A stretch of DNA of 64,000 bases from Candidatus Latescibacterota bacterium (GTDB lineage: Bacteria > Latescibacterota > UBA2968): positions 320,001 to 384,000 of the forward strand of contig OZ242195.1 of NCBI GenBank assembly GCA_965205975.1, in the 5' to 3' direction. Shown piece after piece: positions 19,400-29,687 of this stretch. The notes below the pieces were generated by a model. The model worked only from the letters and a program-made list of their open reading frames with translations. It was not told the DNA's origin and did not search any database. The position numbers were made by a program, and so were the translations under genes. How positions within the stretch are numbered: position 1 is the first letter of the stretch; every line of letters starts with the position of its first letter.

Positions 19400-20097
19400 T
19401 AAATTTCAGTTCCATCGTAAAGTTTGCGAACCAGTTTCAAGTCTTCCCATGCAGGGCGCTTCCAGTGTGCATTTCTCAATAGGGCAGCAGGATGATATGT
19501 GGGGACTAATTTCGCGCCCTGGTATTCAAAAACTTTCCCCCGCAAACGCCCTATCGACTCGGTGGTCTGCAACAAGGTTTGCGCGGCAAAACGGCCAAGA
19601 GTACAGATTACAACCGGCGCAATCAGGTCAATTTGTTGTAGTAGATAAGGCTGGCACTCAACAATTTCATCGGGTTTGGGATCCCGGTTATTGGGGGGCC
19701 TGCATTTGATAATGTTGGTGATATAGACATCTTTGCGCGTCAAACCCATGGCTTCGATCATTCGCGTCAACAATTGTCCAGCAGCCCCTACAAAAGGCAA
19801 CCCCTGTCGGTCTTCTTCAGCGCCGGGTGCTTCGCCAACAAATAGGAGGTCTGCATTGGTTTTCCCACTTCCAAACACGACTGAGGTGCGCGTTTGGGCC
19901 AATCCGCATTTTTGACAGCTACAAGCCTCTTGATCCAAAATAGTCAGGGGATCACTGACTAACCCCTTGTCAGTGTAGGCAGCGTCCGATTCCCGATCAT
20001 CTATCCGCGCAACCGAGGCGGGCGCATAAGCGAGTTCTCGCGATAGAAAATCGCGTGCAAGCTCGAGGGTTTCCAACAGGTCGGGGGATTTATTCAT
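19399..20097 (-). CDS. Uracil-DNA glycosylase family 4 (Fe-S)
   Basis: CxxC, GEAPG, KCRPPNNR and YHPAALLR; start reassigned to MNKSPD. Confidence 0.93.
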   Translation of the reverse strand: MNKSPDLLETLELARDFLSRELAYAPASVARIDDRESDAAYTDKGLVSDPLTILDQEACSCQKCGLAQTRTSVVFGSGKTNADLLFVGEAPGAEEDRQGLPFVGAAGQLLTRMIEAMGLTRKDVYITNIIKCRPPNNRDPKPDEIVECQPYLLQQIDLIAPVVICTLGRFAAQTLLQTTESIGRLRGKVFEYQGAKLVPTYHPAALLRNAHWKRPAWEDLKLVRKLYDGTEI

Positions 20098-21295
20098 GCA
20101 CATTCTCCCAACGCGACACCAGCCAATCCAAAATGCGATCTGCCACATCGCGTTTGGACATCAAGGGCAATGCGACAGGTTCTCGATGGGGTTCTATAAA
20201 AGTCGCGACATTGGTATCAACGCCAAACCCCGCCCCTTCCACATTCAATTCGTTTAACACAATCAGGTCAAGGTTTTTCTCGTGGAGTTTTTTGCGGGCA
20301 TTTTCCAGCGCGTGATCGGTTTCCATCGCAAATCCGATTACGATCCGCTCGCCCTTGTTTTGTCCCAGAGAAATTAAAAAATCTTCATTGGGCAGAAGAT
20401 GAAGGGACAGACCGCCATCGCGTTTTTTTATTTTTGATTCGGACACATGTTCGGGGCGAAAATCGAGCACGGCTGCGGTCATAATTAGTGCGTCTGCATG
20501 CTGATATGCGCGGATGGTCGCTGCTTTTAAATCGGCAACTGTGCGGATATATTCGACCTGTGTACCGGCGGGTGCAGTGAGTTCTGTCGGTCCACTGATC
20601 AACGCGACATTAGCACCTCGGCGGTGCGCTTGTTCGGCAATAGCATAGCCCATTTTACCCGTTGAGCGATTGGTAATAAAACGCACGGGGTCAATGGGTT
20701 GCTCTGTCCTGCCCGCTGTCACTACAATGCGTTTCTCTGCAAGTGATTGTGTCGCGCCAACCATACTGCTGGCCTCATCCACAATCTCATGGGGTTCGGC
20801 CATGCGTCCCATTCCCTCGGCACCCGAGGCGAGCGATCCCGTCCCCGGCCCAACCATCCGATAGCCGTCTTTTTTCAAGAACTCGATATTTTGTCGTACA
20901 GCACCGCGTTCCCACATTTGGGTTTCCATTGCCGGGGCGAGTAAAACAGGTGCTTCTGCAGCCAACAACGCACAGGTCAACAGGTCGTCGGCCAACCCAT
21001 GGGCCAATTTCCCCATGCAATTTGCAGTTGCTGGCGCGACAATGATTAGATCGGCCCACTTGCCCAAATGCACGTGGATAACATCGGGGTCGCCGTCCGA
21101 CGGAAACAAATCCGTATAGACGCGATGGTGTGAGAGTGCTTCAAAAGTGAGGGGCTGCACAAACTTTTGTGCAGCGGGCGTCATGACCACCCGAACCTCT
21201 GCGCCTGCATTCTGAAGAAGGCGCAATAAAAATACACTTTTATAGGCGGCAATTCCACCGCTAACGCCCAGAAGAATCCTCTTTCCCGTCAGCAT
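20090..21295 (-). CDS. coaBC: Bifunctional phosphopantothenoylcysteine decarboxylase/ligase
   Basis: GGIAAYK, APATAN, DPVRFITNRSTGKMG and GFAMET. Confidence 0.96.
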   Translation of the reverse strand: MLTGKRILLGVSGGIAAYKSVFLLRLLQNAGAEVRVVMTPAAQKFVQPLTFEALSHHRVYTDLFPSDGDPDVIHVHLGKWADLIIVAPATANCMGKLAHGLADDLLTCALLAAEAPVLLAPAMETQMWERGAVRQNIEFLKKDGYRMVGPGTGSLASGAEGMGRMAEPHEIVDEASSMVGATQSLAEKRIVVTAGRTEQPIDPVRFITNRSTGKMGYAIAEQAHRRGANVALISGPTELTAPAGTQVEYIRTVADLKAATIRAYQHADALIMTAAVLDFRPEHVSESKIKKRDGGLSLHLLPNEDFLISLGQNKGERIVIGFAMETDHALENARKKLHEKNLDLIVLNELNVEGAGFGVDTNVATFIEPHREPVALPLMSKRDVADRILDWLVSRWENVHE

Positions 21296-21488
21296 AGGTC
21301 ACCTGAATTTTTTTTTCTACAATTCGGTCCAGTGCAATGGTTGTTATTTTTTCTTCGCCTTCGGGCACACCTGCAACCAACCGGGCTTTATTCAACCGGC
21401 GAGCTTCTTTTGATGCCAGTAATACGGCTTTATAGGTATTCATATCCTCTTCAACCGTTAATTCCTCAGTGAAAAATACATTCGACAT
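21261..21488 (-). CDS. rpoZ: RNA polymerase omega subunit
   Basis: N.YKAVLLASKEARRL and K.TTIAL motifs; gmk-rpoZ-coaBC synteny; AAGGAG RBS. Confidence 0.8.
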   Translation of the reverse strand: MSNVFFTEELTVEEDMNTYKAVLLASKEARRLNKARLVAGVPEGEEKITTIALDRIVEKKIQVTYADGKEDSSGR

Positions 21489-21565
21489 AACGCACTCCTT
21501 GTTAGAAATGGACTTTCGCACTGCAATAACGGGCCGGAGATAGGCCGGGAGCATAGCACGAGTTT

Positions 21566-22219
21566 TTAGAGACTCAAGCGACGCAAACATATCCGCCGTG
21601 TGCGCTGGCGCTCCGCGCGAATAATTGCGAGCAAATCGGCGATGGCTTGTTCCAATTTGTCATTTACGACAACGTAATCGCTGTTTTTGGTCTGGACAAG
21701 TTCAGAAACGGCATTTTCCATACGCAATCGAAAGTCCGAAGCACTTTCAGACTGTCGCGCATTGAGCCGCTTTGCAAGCACATCGAGAGATGGCGGCACG
21801 ACAAATACGGTCACGCAGCGATCTCCCAGGACTTTTTTCCACGCGGCCACGCCTTGCACATCTACATCCATCAACATCACATGTCCACCGCACAGAGCTT
21901 TTGCAACCGCGTCGAATGTCGCGCCGTAAAGATGTCCATGTACTTCGGCAGATTCGATAAAATCGCCTCGCGTTTGCATGGATTCAAATTGTGCAACTGT
22001 CACAAAATGACGGGCAACACCCTGTATTTCGTCATCGCGTGGTGGTCGCGTCGTTGTCGTCACACAGCGCCGGACGCTTGAATCTGCACGCAAAACCTCC
22101 TGGCACATCGACGTTTTTCCAACTCCCGATGGCCCGGCGACGATCACGGCAAATGCGGCGGGACTATCGCCCAACTTTTGCCGAATTCTTTTAACACCAG
22201 TTTTTTCTGATTTAATCAT
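21566..22219 (-). CDS. gmk: Guanylate kinase
   Basis: GPSGVGKT, TTRPPR, VHGHLYG and DVDVQG. Confidence 0.95.
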   Translation of the reverse strand: MIKSEKTGVKRIRQKLGDSPAAFAVIVAGPSGVGKTSMCQEVLRADSSVRRCVTTTTRPPRDDEIQGVARHFVTVAQFESMQTRGDFIESAEVHGHLYGATFDAVAKALCGGHVMLMDVDVQGVAAWKKVLGDRCVTVFVVPPSLDVLAKRLNARQSESASDFRLRMENAVSELVQTKNSDYVVVNDKLEQAIADLLAIIRAERQRTRRICLRRLSL

Positions 22220-22228
22220 CCGCGATTT

Positions 22229-23101
22229 TTACTCGATGTTTTGAATCTGTTCTTTGAGTTTTTCAATTTCTTCTTTGATATCTACGACTACATGGGCTAT
22301 TGTCGCGTCACCTGCTTTGGATCCCAGGGTATTGGCTTCTCTGAGCATTTCTTGCAGTAGAAAATTGAGACGCCGGCCAACTGCTTCCTTGCGGTTGAGC
22401 ATATCGAGAAACTGTGCGTTGTGACTGTGAAAACGCACGCATTCTTCCGTTATGTCGCTGCGGTCGGCCAGGAGGGCAATTTCCATCAACAGCCTGCTCT
22501 CATCAATTTGTTCGGGTGTTAATAATTGCGCCAATTTTTCCTCTAATCGCGTCCGAACAGTTTCTACTCGCTCGGGTGCGAGTTCTTCGACGCGCTGGAG
22601 AAATTTATTGAGCACCAAAATGCGCGTGCGGAGATCATGGGCGAGTTTTTCACCTTCTGATAGGCACATGGCCCGACAGGCGTCAATAGCCTGACTGAGT
22701 GCTACAGATACCACCTTCCATAGGGCTTCAGAATCGAGTTCGGGAATTTCAAATGCGAATATTTGAGGTAACTGAGCAATTTGCATCAGATCGATATCGC
22801 CAGATATCTCCGCGCGAATTTCTTTAATTCCTTTGAGATACGCGGATAGAACTTCGGGCTTGAGTACAGGAAGACCCTGCTCCGATGCAGTACCCTGCAA
22901 AGTTATACTCACATCGAGTCGCCCTCTTGCAAAGACCGATAAAACCCGTTCTTTGATGCGAGATTCAAGCTCAGACAAAGAACGGGGCATGCGTACTATC
23001 ACATCGCCATAGCGCCCATTGACCGACCGAATTTCAACAATAACGCGGCCCACATCCCCTTCTGCAATACCCTTTCCAAAACCGGTCATGCTGGCGATCA
23101 T
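22229..23101 (-). CDS. yicC: YicC/YloC family endoribonuclease
   Basis: MIASMTGFG, SVNGRY, GRRLNFLLQEMLREANTLGSK and EQIQNIE. Confidence 0.95.
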   Translation of the reverse strand: MIASMTGFGKGIAEGDVGRVIVEIRSVNGRYGDVIVRMPRSLSELESRIKERVLSVFARGRLDVSITLQGTASEQGLPVLKPEVLSAYLKGIKEIRAEISGDIDLMQIAQLPQIFAFEIPELDSEALWKVVSVALSQAIDACRAMCLSEGEKLAHDLRTRILVLNKFLQRVEELAPERVETVRTRLEEKLAQLLTPEQIDESRLLMEIALLADRSDITEECVRFHSHNAQFLDMLNRKEAVGRRLNFLLQEMLREANTLGSKAGDATIAHVVVDIKEEIEKLKEQIQNIE

Positions 23102-23156
23102 ACCCACTCCTACCTGCTGGCAAATGCAGTAAAAATGTCTGAAATAATAGCTAAAA

Positions 23157-23185
23157 AAGATAGTCAATTTACATATTATTGTCAA
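23157..23185 (-). promoter_or_regulatory. sigma70-type promoter of the yicC operon
   Basis: TTGACA-17 nt-TATCTT. Confidence 0.55.
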
Positions 23186-23279
23186 TCAAACTGGATAGAA
23201 CTACGGATTTAAGGTTATCAATCGCATTTCTTCGCAGCTCGCAATGGGGGTGGTTTGGAGTTGCGTTTCTACACTTTGA

Positions 23280-23308
23280 TTGACCTCAACGTGGTAAGAA
23301 GGTATATT
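23280..23308 (+). promoter_or_regulatory. sigma70-type promoter of the lepA operon
   Basis: TTGACC-17 nt-TATATT. Confidence 0.6.
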
Positions 23309-23460
23309 CTTATGCTTTATGGCGTTTATTGAACTGTTATACTGAAGTTGTACTGCGCGTGTGCAGTCATGCTCGAAGCGATGTACAACTGTGCCGCTTT
23401 ATCAGCAGTTCATTACTCGTCTTCATATACAACTTCCCAAACTTGTAGCAATGCAAAAAT

Positions 23461-25260
23461 ATGAATCTTCATAATATTCGAAATTTTTCCATCATTGCGC
23501 ATATTGATCACGGAAAATCGACTCTGGCTGACCGGTTGCTGGAAGAGACGCAAACTCTGAGCGAATTTCAAATGCAAGATCAGGTGCTCGATAACATGGA
23601 TCTCGAACGCGAGCGGGGTATTACCATCAAATCGCACGCCATTCGCATGGATTATACAGCGCCAGATGGTCAGATTTATGAACTCAATCTCATCGATACG
23701 CCAGGTCATGTCGATTTCTCTTATGAGGTCTCGCGCAGTCTCACCGCGTGTGAAGGTGCGCTGCTCCTCGTTGACGCGGCGCAGGGAGTGGAAGCCCAAA
23801 CCGTTAGCAATGTTCTCCTCGCTATGGAGCACGACTTGTTCATCATTCCCGTGATCAACAAGATTGACCTGCCCGGTGCCGAAGTAGATCGCGTGGTCAT
23901 GCAACTCCATGACTTGCTCGGTGTAGAAGAAGAGGAAATTGTCAAAATCAGTGCTAAAGAGGGCATTGGGATCGATAAACTCCTGGCCGCTATTATCGAT
24001 GAGATACCACCTCCTGAGGGGAATCCGGATGCTCCGCTCAAGGCTCTCATCTTCGATTCTATTTTCGACCAATATCGCGGCGTCGTGGCTTATGTGCGCG
24101 TTTTTGATGGCGTTTTAAAAAAAAATATGCCTATCCGTCTCTTTTCGACCAACCAAAATTACGACGCCGAAGAAATCGGTACCCTCAAACTCAAGCGTAT
24201 CAAACAGCAAAGCCTCAGCGCAGGCGAAGTCGGGTATCTCATCGCGGGGATAAAGGACCTTGAAGACGCTCGGGTCGGGGACACCGTCACTGGCTCTGCG
24301 AATCCCGCCATTCATCCCTTACCTGGCTATCAGGAAGTCAAACCCATGGTCTTTGCCGGGCTTTATCCCATATCATCAGATGACTTTGAAAACCTTCGTT
24401 CTGCGCTCGAAAAACTGCATCTCAACGATGCGTCATTGTCCTACGAACCCGAAACTTCGACAGCACTCGGTTTCGGATTTCGATGTGGCTTTCTCGGCCT
24501 GCTCCACATGGAAATTGTCCAGGAGCGACTGGACCGCGAATTTGACATAGACATCATCACTACTGTGCCGAATGTCGAATATCGCGTGCGCCTGACCAGT
24601 GGAGAGCAGGTCAATGTGCAAAATCCCGCCGAGATGCCACCTGCGGGAAATATAGAAGATATTGCCGAACCGATGCTCGATGCCCAAATTCTGGTGCCCT
24701 CTGAATATGTGGGCAATATTATGCGTATTGCACAAGATCGTCGGGGCCATTATCGTACGACCGAATACATTGACCCCACCCGTGCACTCTTGCGCTATGA
24801 TCTGCCCTTATCCGAAATTGTGCTCGATTTCTACGACCGCCTCAAATCGGTCTCGCGCGGTTATGCATCGTTTGACTACGAATACAAAAAACACCAGGCA
24901 GCGGATTTGGTCAAACTCGACCTGCTCATCAATGGCGAACCCTTAGACGCACTCTCTGCAATTGTTCACCGCGATAAAGCCTATGAATGGGGGCGCGCTT
25001 TGAGTCAAAAACTCAAAGCACTGATCCCGCGCCAGCTCTTTGAAGTCGTTATTCAAGCGGCAATCGGTGCCAAAGTGATTTCGCGCGAAACCGTGCGTCC
25101 TTTCCGCAAAAACGTCACTGCCAAATGTTATGGCGGCGATATTACCCGCAAGCGCAAACTCCTCGAGCGTCAAAAAGAGGGCAAAAAGCGCATGAAACAA
25201 GTCGGCGCAGTAGAAATCCCTCAAGAGGCGTTTCTCGCTGTTTTGCAGATGGAAGTGTGA
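23461..25260 (+). CDS. lepA: Elongation factor 4
   Basis: [29 protein letters not shown] and [15 protein letters not shown]. Confidence 0.98.
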   Translation: MNLHNIRNFSIIAHIDHGKSTLADRLLEETQTLSEFQMQDQVLDNMDLERERGITIKSHAIRMDYTAPDGQIYELNLIDTPGHVDFSYEVSRSLTACEGALLLVDAAQGVEAQTVSNVLLAMEHDLFIIPVINKIDLPGAEVDRVVMQLHDLLGVEEEEIVKISAKEGIGIDKLLAAIIDEIPPPEGNPDAPLKALIFDSIFDQYRGVVAYVRVFDGVLKKNMPIRLFSTNQNYDAEEIGTLKLKRIKQQSLSAGEVGYLIAGIKDLEDARVGDTVTGSANPAIHPLPGYQEVKPMVFAGLYPISSDDFENLRSALEKLHLNDASLSYEPETSTALGFGFRCGFLGLLHMEIVQERLDREFDIDIITTVPNVEYRVRLTSGEQVNVQNPAEMPPAGNIEDIAEPMLDAQILVPSEYVGNIMRIAQDRRGHYRTTEYIDPTRALLRYDLPLSEIVLDFYDRLKSVSRGYASFDYEYKKHQAADLVKLDLLINGEPLDALSAIVHRDKAYEWGRALSQKLKALIPRQLFEVVIQAAIGAKVISRETVRPFRKNVTAKCYGGDITRKRKLLERQKEGKKRMKQVGAVEIPQEAFLAVLQMEV

Positions 25261-25265
25261 GGAAA

Positions 25266-25955
25266 ATGCCCCCAAAAAAATCCGTGACTATTGAATATAT
25301 CAAGGCCATCTTACTCGCGTTTGCACTCGCGCTTTTTATTCGCATATTTGTCGTGCAGGCATTTCGCATTCCTTCAGGATCGATGGAAAACACTTTGCTG
25401 GTCGGAGATTTTTTGCTGGCAAATAAATTTATTTACGGTGCTCGCATTCCCTTTACCGACATTCGCCTGCCCGCGTGGCGTTCGCCAGATTCCGGCGATA
25501 TTGTCATTTTTCAGTATCCCAGAGACCCATCCCGCGACTTTATCAAACGCATTGTTGCAGGTCCCGGGCAGAAAGTTGAAATTAAAGATAAAATCCTTTA
25601 TGTTGACGACAAACGCGCGATTGATCCATCCAGAGCCAAATATATCGATTCTGTTATTCTCAGACGGAGATCGGTGGCCAATACGCGGGATAACTACGGG
25701 CCTAAGATCGTGCCCGAAGACTGCTATTTCGTGATGGGCGACAACCGCGACAGCAGTGAAGACAGTCGATACTGGGGTTTTCTCAAGCGCGATCTCATTC
25801 GGGGAAAAGCATTTATTCTCTACTGGTCCTGGGCACCTGATGATCGCGTCCCCGCATATAGCAACGTGACGTCTCTATTCGGTATCGCGCTCTATAATCT
25901 GTTTCGCTTTCCCGAGCGCGTGCGCTGGCGGCGCATTGGTATGCTCGTGGAGTGA
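25266..25955 (+). CDS. lepB: Signal peptidase I
   Basis: IPSGSMENTL, FIKR and GDNRDSSEDSRYWG; follows lepA. Confidence 0.96.
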   Translation: MPPKKSVTIEYIKAILLAFALALFIRIFVVQAFRIPSGSMENTLLVGDFLLANKFIYGARIPFTDIRLPAWRSPDSGDIVIFQYPRDPSRDFIKRIVAGPGQKVEIKDKILYVDDKRAIDPSRAKYIDSVILRRRSVANTRDNYGPKIVPEDCYFVMGDNRDSSEDSRYWGFLKRDLIRGKAFILYWSWAPDDRVPAYSNVTSLFGIALYNLFRFPERVRWRRIGMLVE

Positions 25956-25962
25956 AGATTTC

Positions 25963-27072
25963 ATGCACTTCAGCCTTTACATCCATATCCCATTTTGTCA
26001 CTCGCGCTGTCCGTATTGCGATTTTGCATTTGTGGTGGGCAAAAATCATCTGGCGAAGCGCTATATGGATGCGGTGATTGTTGAAATGCAAAATCGCATA
26101 CAATCTCTTGGAATGCCACCTGTGTTCAACACGCTTTACTTTGGAGGAGGCACGCCTTCGGCAATACCGCCTGGACAGTTGAATCGGATCACGACAAATG
26201 CGAAAAGCGCGGTCGCTCCCGATGCAGAGATTACGGCAGAGGCCAATCCAAATGATCGCAAGCACTTTAAAAAATTATATGAACACGGCATCAACCGCTT
26301 GAGTCTGGGCGTGCAGGCATTTACAGATCGCGCACTCAAAGCACTCGGCCGATTTCACACGGCATCAGATGCGATAGGCGCGTTTCGTGCCGCCCGCGAT
26401 GTGGGGTTTAAGAACATAAGTATCGACCTTATGTACGGTGCGCCGGAACAGACGTTTGAAGAATGGGCAACGAGTATTCAGAGGGCCATTGACCTGTGTC
26501 CCGAACATATCTCGGTATATGGTCTCACGATTGAGCCTCAGACCAATTTTGCGCGCCGCTTTCAAAAGGGGAAATTGGATGTGCCGCCTGAAACCGATCA
26601 GGCCGAGATGTATATGTATGCTATTGACCAACTCGAAGCTGCCGGGTACATACATTACGAAATTTCCAATTTTGCCCAACCGGGATTTGCGTCGCGTCAC
26701 AATCTCAACTACTGGCATGATCGCCCCTATCTGGGCGTTGGTTTATCTGCACATTCGTATCTCGACAATCGGCGATTCTGGAATGTGCGCGATCTCACGA
26801 CTTATATGCAGCATATTGAGGCAACCGGATTTGCGCTGGAAAGAGAAGAACAGCTTACACCGACGCAACATCTGCTGGAGCGCATTATGCTGGGGTTGCG
26901 CCAGCGTCGGGGGCTTCGTGCAGAGTTTTTGAGTCATCCAAAAATCCACAAACAGTATATCGCGATGACAAACCAGCACTTGCTGGAACGAACTGATAAC
27001 CGCGTTCGTCTGACACGGCGAGGTCTCCTGCTCGCCGATCTGGTATGCACCGAACTCGTTAGAGAATTATAG
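25963..27072 (+). CDS. hemW: Radical SAM heme chaperone HemW
   Basis: LYIHIPFCHSRCPYCDF, GGGTPS, YEISNF and HNLNYW. Confidence 0.92.
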   Translation: MHFSLYIHIPFCHSRCPYCDFAFVVGKNHLAKRYMDAVIVEMQNRIQSLGMPPVFNTLYFGGGTPSAIPPGQLNRITTNAKSAVAPDAEITAEANPNDRKHFKKLYEHGINRLSLGVQAFTDRALKALGRFHTASDAIGAFRAARDVGFKNISIDLMYGAPEQTFEEWATSIQRAIDLCPEHISVYGLTIEPQTNFARRFQKGKLDVPPETDQAEMYMYAIDQLEAAGYIHYEISNFAQPGFASRHNLNYWHDRPYLGVGLSAHSYLDNRRFWNVRDLTTYMQHIEATGFALEREEQLTPTQHLLERIMLGLRQRRGLRAEFLSHPKIHKQYIAMTNQHLLERTDNRVRLTRRGLLLADLVCTELVREL

Positions 27073-27972
27073 ATGGAATTTCACATCCGGCTACCCGGTT
27101 CCACTGCCAATCTCGGCCCCGGTTATGATGCACTGGGCATGGCGCTGTCCATTTACAATCATGTCGCGGTAAAAACCCGTTCTCAATCGGGCGTGTCGTT
27201 TGGCATAGAGGGTGAAGGCGGGGGTATTTTGCCCGCTGATGAGGAAAATCTCTTCTATTGCGCCGCGCAATTCACCGCTCAACGCACAGGCAAAACACTG
27301 CCCGGAATCGATGTCCACATGCACAATACTGTGCCCCTTGCCCGGGGATTGGGCAGCAGTTCAACTGCCATTGTCGGCGGTGTTATTGCGGCTAACTGCC
27401 TTTTAGGTGAACCCTTTTCACAGATGGAGATGCTCGATATTGCCACGGCTATTGAAGGGCATCCGGACAATGTCTCGCCCTGCTTGCTCGGCGGCCTCAC
27501 TGCTTCTACTATGGATGGCAACCGCGTTGCATGCGTGCGCGCCCTGCCGCCGAGAGAATTGCGCGCTGTGGTCGCCATTCCCGAATTTGAACTCAAAACA
27601 GAAGATGCCCGCAATGTCTTGCCCAATACCGTTTCTCACGGTGACGCCGTTTTCAGTACAAGCCGAGCGTGCATTGTTACGGCAGCACTGATCACGGGAA
27701 ATTTTGAGTATCTCGGCGTTGGCATGGAAGACCGATTGCATCACCCCTATCGAGCAAAACTCATTCCGGGTTTTGATCAGATACTCGCAGAAGCGGTCAA
27801 CGCAGGTGCCTGGGGTGCCGCGCTTTCGGGCGCGGGACCGACTCTCATCGCGCTTACGACCCAAAATGCCGACACTATTGGGCGGGCTATGATCGATATT
27901 TGGGCAAAAAAAAATATACAAGCGCGTTATCGCATCCTCAAAGTTGATCCATCGGGAGCCACCGTCACATGA
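27073..27972 (+). CDS. thrB: Homoserine kinase
   Basis: STANLGPGYD, PLARGLGSS, EGHPDN and LSGAGPT. Confidence 0.96.
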   Translation: MEFHIRLPGSTANLGPGYDALGMALSIYNHVAVKTRSQSGVSFGIEGEGGGILPADEENLFYCAAQFTAQRTGKTLPGIDVHMHNTVPLARGLGSSSTAIVGGVIAANCLLGEPFSQMEMLDIATAIEGHPDNVSPCLLGGLTASTMDGNRVACVRALPPRELRAVVAIPEFELKTEDARNVLPNTVSHGDAVFSTSRACIVTAALITGNFEYLGVGMEDRLHHPYRAKLIPGFDQILAEAVNAGAWGAALSGAGPTLIALTTQNADTIGRAMIDIWAKKNIQARYRILKVDPSGATVT

Positions 27973-29687
27973 TTATCTCTATGGCATATCCGGGACGCTA
28001 TATGCGTCTTTTTTATATCGCGCTTGTGGGTTTGCTCATTTTTGACTTCGCGGTTTACCCTTTAGCCGCACATGCGCAATCTCGCCGCACTGCACGGCAA
28101 ACCGGGGAAAAAACCGAGGGCCAATCTCCCAGACCCTTTACCACATCTGATCTCCAAGAATCAGAAAAAGAAACCGCGCAACCGGTTGAAATCAAAAGCA
28201 TTGGCAAAGCAGCCTACGATGCGGTTATTCGCTCGGGGCGCTATATTATCGGGCCGGGCGATGTTTTTGCCGTTGTGCTCAACAGGGATGAAGAAATCAA
28301 AACCTTTGAAGTCCCCGTCGGCGCGGGTGGTAGCTTGCTCTTCCCGTCTATCGGCGCCGTGCCCGTTGCATCTTTATCGCTTGCAGACGCCAACGAAGCC
28401 ATCCAGGCGGCGATCAAAAAACGCTTTTATCAACTCGATATCTCCATCAGCCTCGCACGCCTGCGTATTTTTCCCGTCAATGTGGTTGGCGAAGTACACA
28501 TGCCAGGTGCCGTTGACCTTGAAGGTGTCGAACAGGCGTCGCAGCTCATCACCAAAGCCGGAGGCATCATTGACGACTTTGGCCGCAAAGGCTCCAGCCG
28601 CAACATCCAGATCATGCGTCTCGAAAATGGACAATGGCACAACACGGGACGCAGGGTTGATCTCGATCTGTGGAATCGCACGGGCAAAGCAGAGTACAAC
28701 CCCTTCATGCTCGACGGTGAACAAATTTTTGTGCCCGTTGCCCACAGCGATTCCATCCATATCACTGGCGCAGTACAATACCCGGGCAGTTATGAATTTG
28801 CGCCCGGTGATCGCGTGTCCGATCTCATTGTTTTGAGCAATGGTCTGCGTGCTCATGCCCCTCCCCAACGCGCTCAATTGTCGCGCCTGTCGCAAAATGG
28901 CGAGTCGATACCCGTAACCATCGATCTCGCCCGTGCGCTTACAGGTGATCCCAGCGCGAACCTCCCTTTGCAAGCGGGTGACAAACTCTATGTTATCGGC
29001 GAGACAAAGTGGGTTTATGTTGAAGGCGAGGTAAAATTCCCTGGTTCTTTTCTTTTACAAGAGGGGCTTCGCCTCAAAGAATTATTACAGCAGGCCGAAC
29101 TCACACCCGAAGCATCCGTGGTTCAGGCGTCTCTTATTCGCAAAGTCAATTTTGGAGAACAGACCATCGAAGACGACCCCGCGCTCAATAGATTGCTCGG
29201 CATTCCCCGCACGCAGCGCACCGATGCCGAAGAGGCCCTCATTACCCTCAAAACCCAGCAATTTTCAGGGCGTTTGCCCGTTGATTTTGTAGCGCTCATG
29301 GCCGGCGACGATCGGCACAATATCATCCTGCAAGATGGCGATGTCGTTCGCATTCCCAGATTTGTGCCTTCTGTGCGCGTGACAGGTGCGGTTGTCGCAC
29401 CTGCGAATATTCCCTACGATGCGGTGCTTACGGTTGGCGGTTATATTGACCTTGCTGGCGGTTTTAACACGCGTGCAAAACGAAAAGATATTATTATTGT
29501 TGAGGGCAATACGGGCAATGCCATAGACGCCACAGCAGAATCGATCGTGCGTCCCGGCGACGCGATTTTTGTCCCCCCACGAGAGATCGTACCGGGGCAG
29601 GGCTATCGGATTTTGAGAGAAGCTATTGCTATGGTGGGTGCTGTTGCATCGGTTGTTCTAACTATTACGGTGATACTCCAGCAATGA
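27969..29687 (+). CDS. Polysaccharide export protein with multiple SLBB domains (Wza/KpsD-like)
   Basis: YIIGPGD and repeated V.GEV..PG / L..GD.I SLBB units; C-terminal amphipathic helix. Confidence 0.85.
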   Translation: MIISMAYPGRYMRLFYIALVGLLIFDFAVYPLAAHAQSRRTARQTGEKTEGQSPRPFTTSDLQESEKETAQPVEIKSIGKAAYDAVIRSGRYIIGPGDVFAVVLNRDEEIKTFEVPVGAGGSLLFPSIGAVPVASLSLADANEAIQAAIKKRFYQLDISISLARLRIFPVNVVGEVHMPGAVDLEGVEQASQLITKAGGIIDDFGRKGSSRNIQIMRLENGQWHNTGRRVDLDLWNRTGKAEYNPFMLDGEQIFVPVAHSDSIHITGAVQYPGSYEFAPGDRVSDLIVLSNGLRAHAPPQRAQLSRLSQNGESIPVTIDLARALTGDPSANLPLQAGDKLYVIGETKWVYVEGEVKFPGSFLLQEGLRLKELLQQAELTPEASVVQASLIRKVNFGEQTIEDDPALNRLLGIPRTQRTDAEEALITLKTQQFSGRLPVDFVALMAGDDRHNIILQDGDVVRIPRFVPSVRVTGAVVAPANIPYDAVLTVGGYIDLAGGFNTRAKRKDIIIVEGNTGNAIDATAESIVRPGDAIFVPPREIVPGQGYRILREAIAMVGAVASVVLTITVILQQ

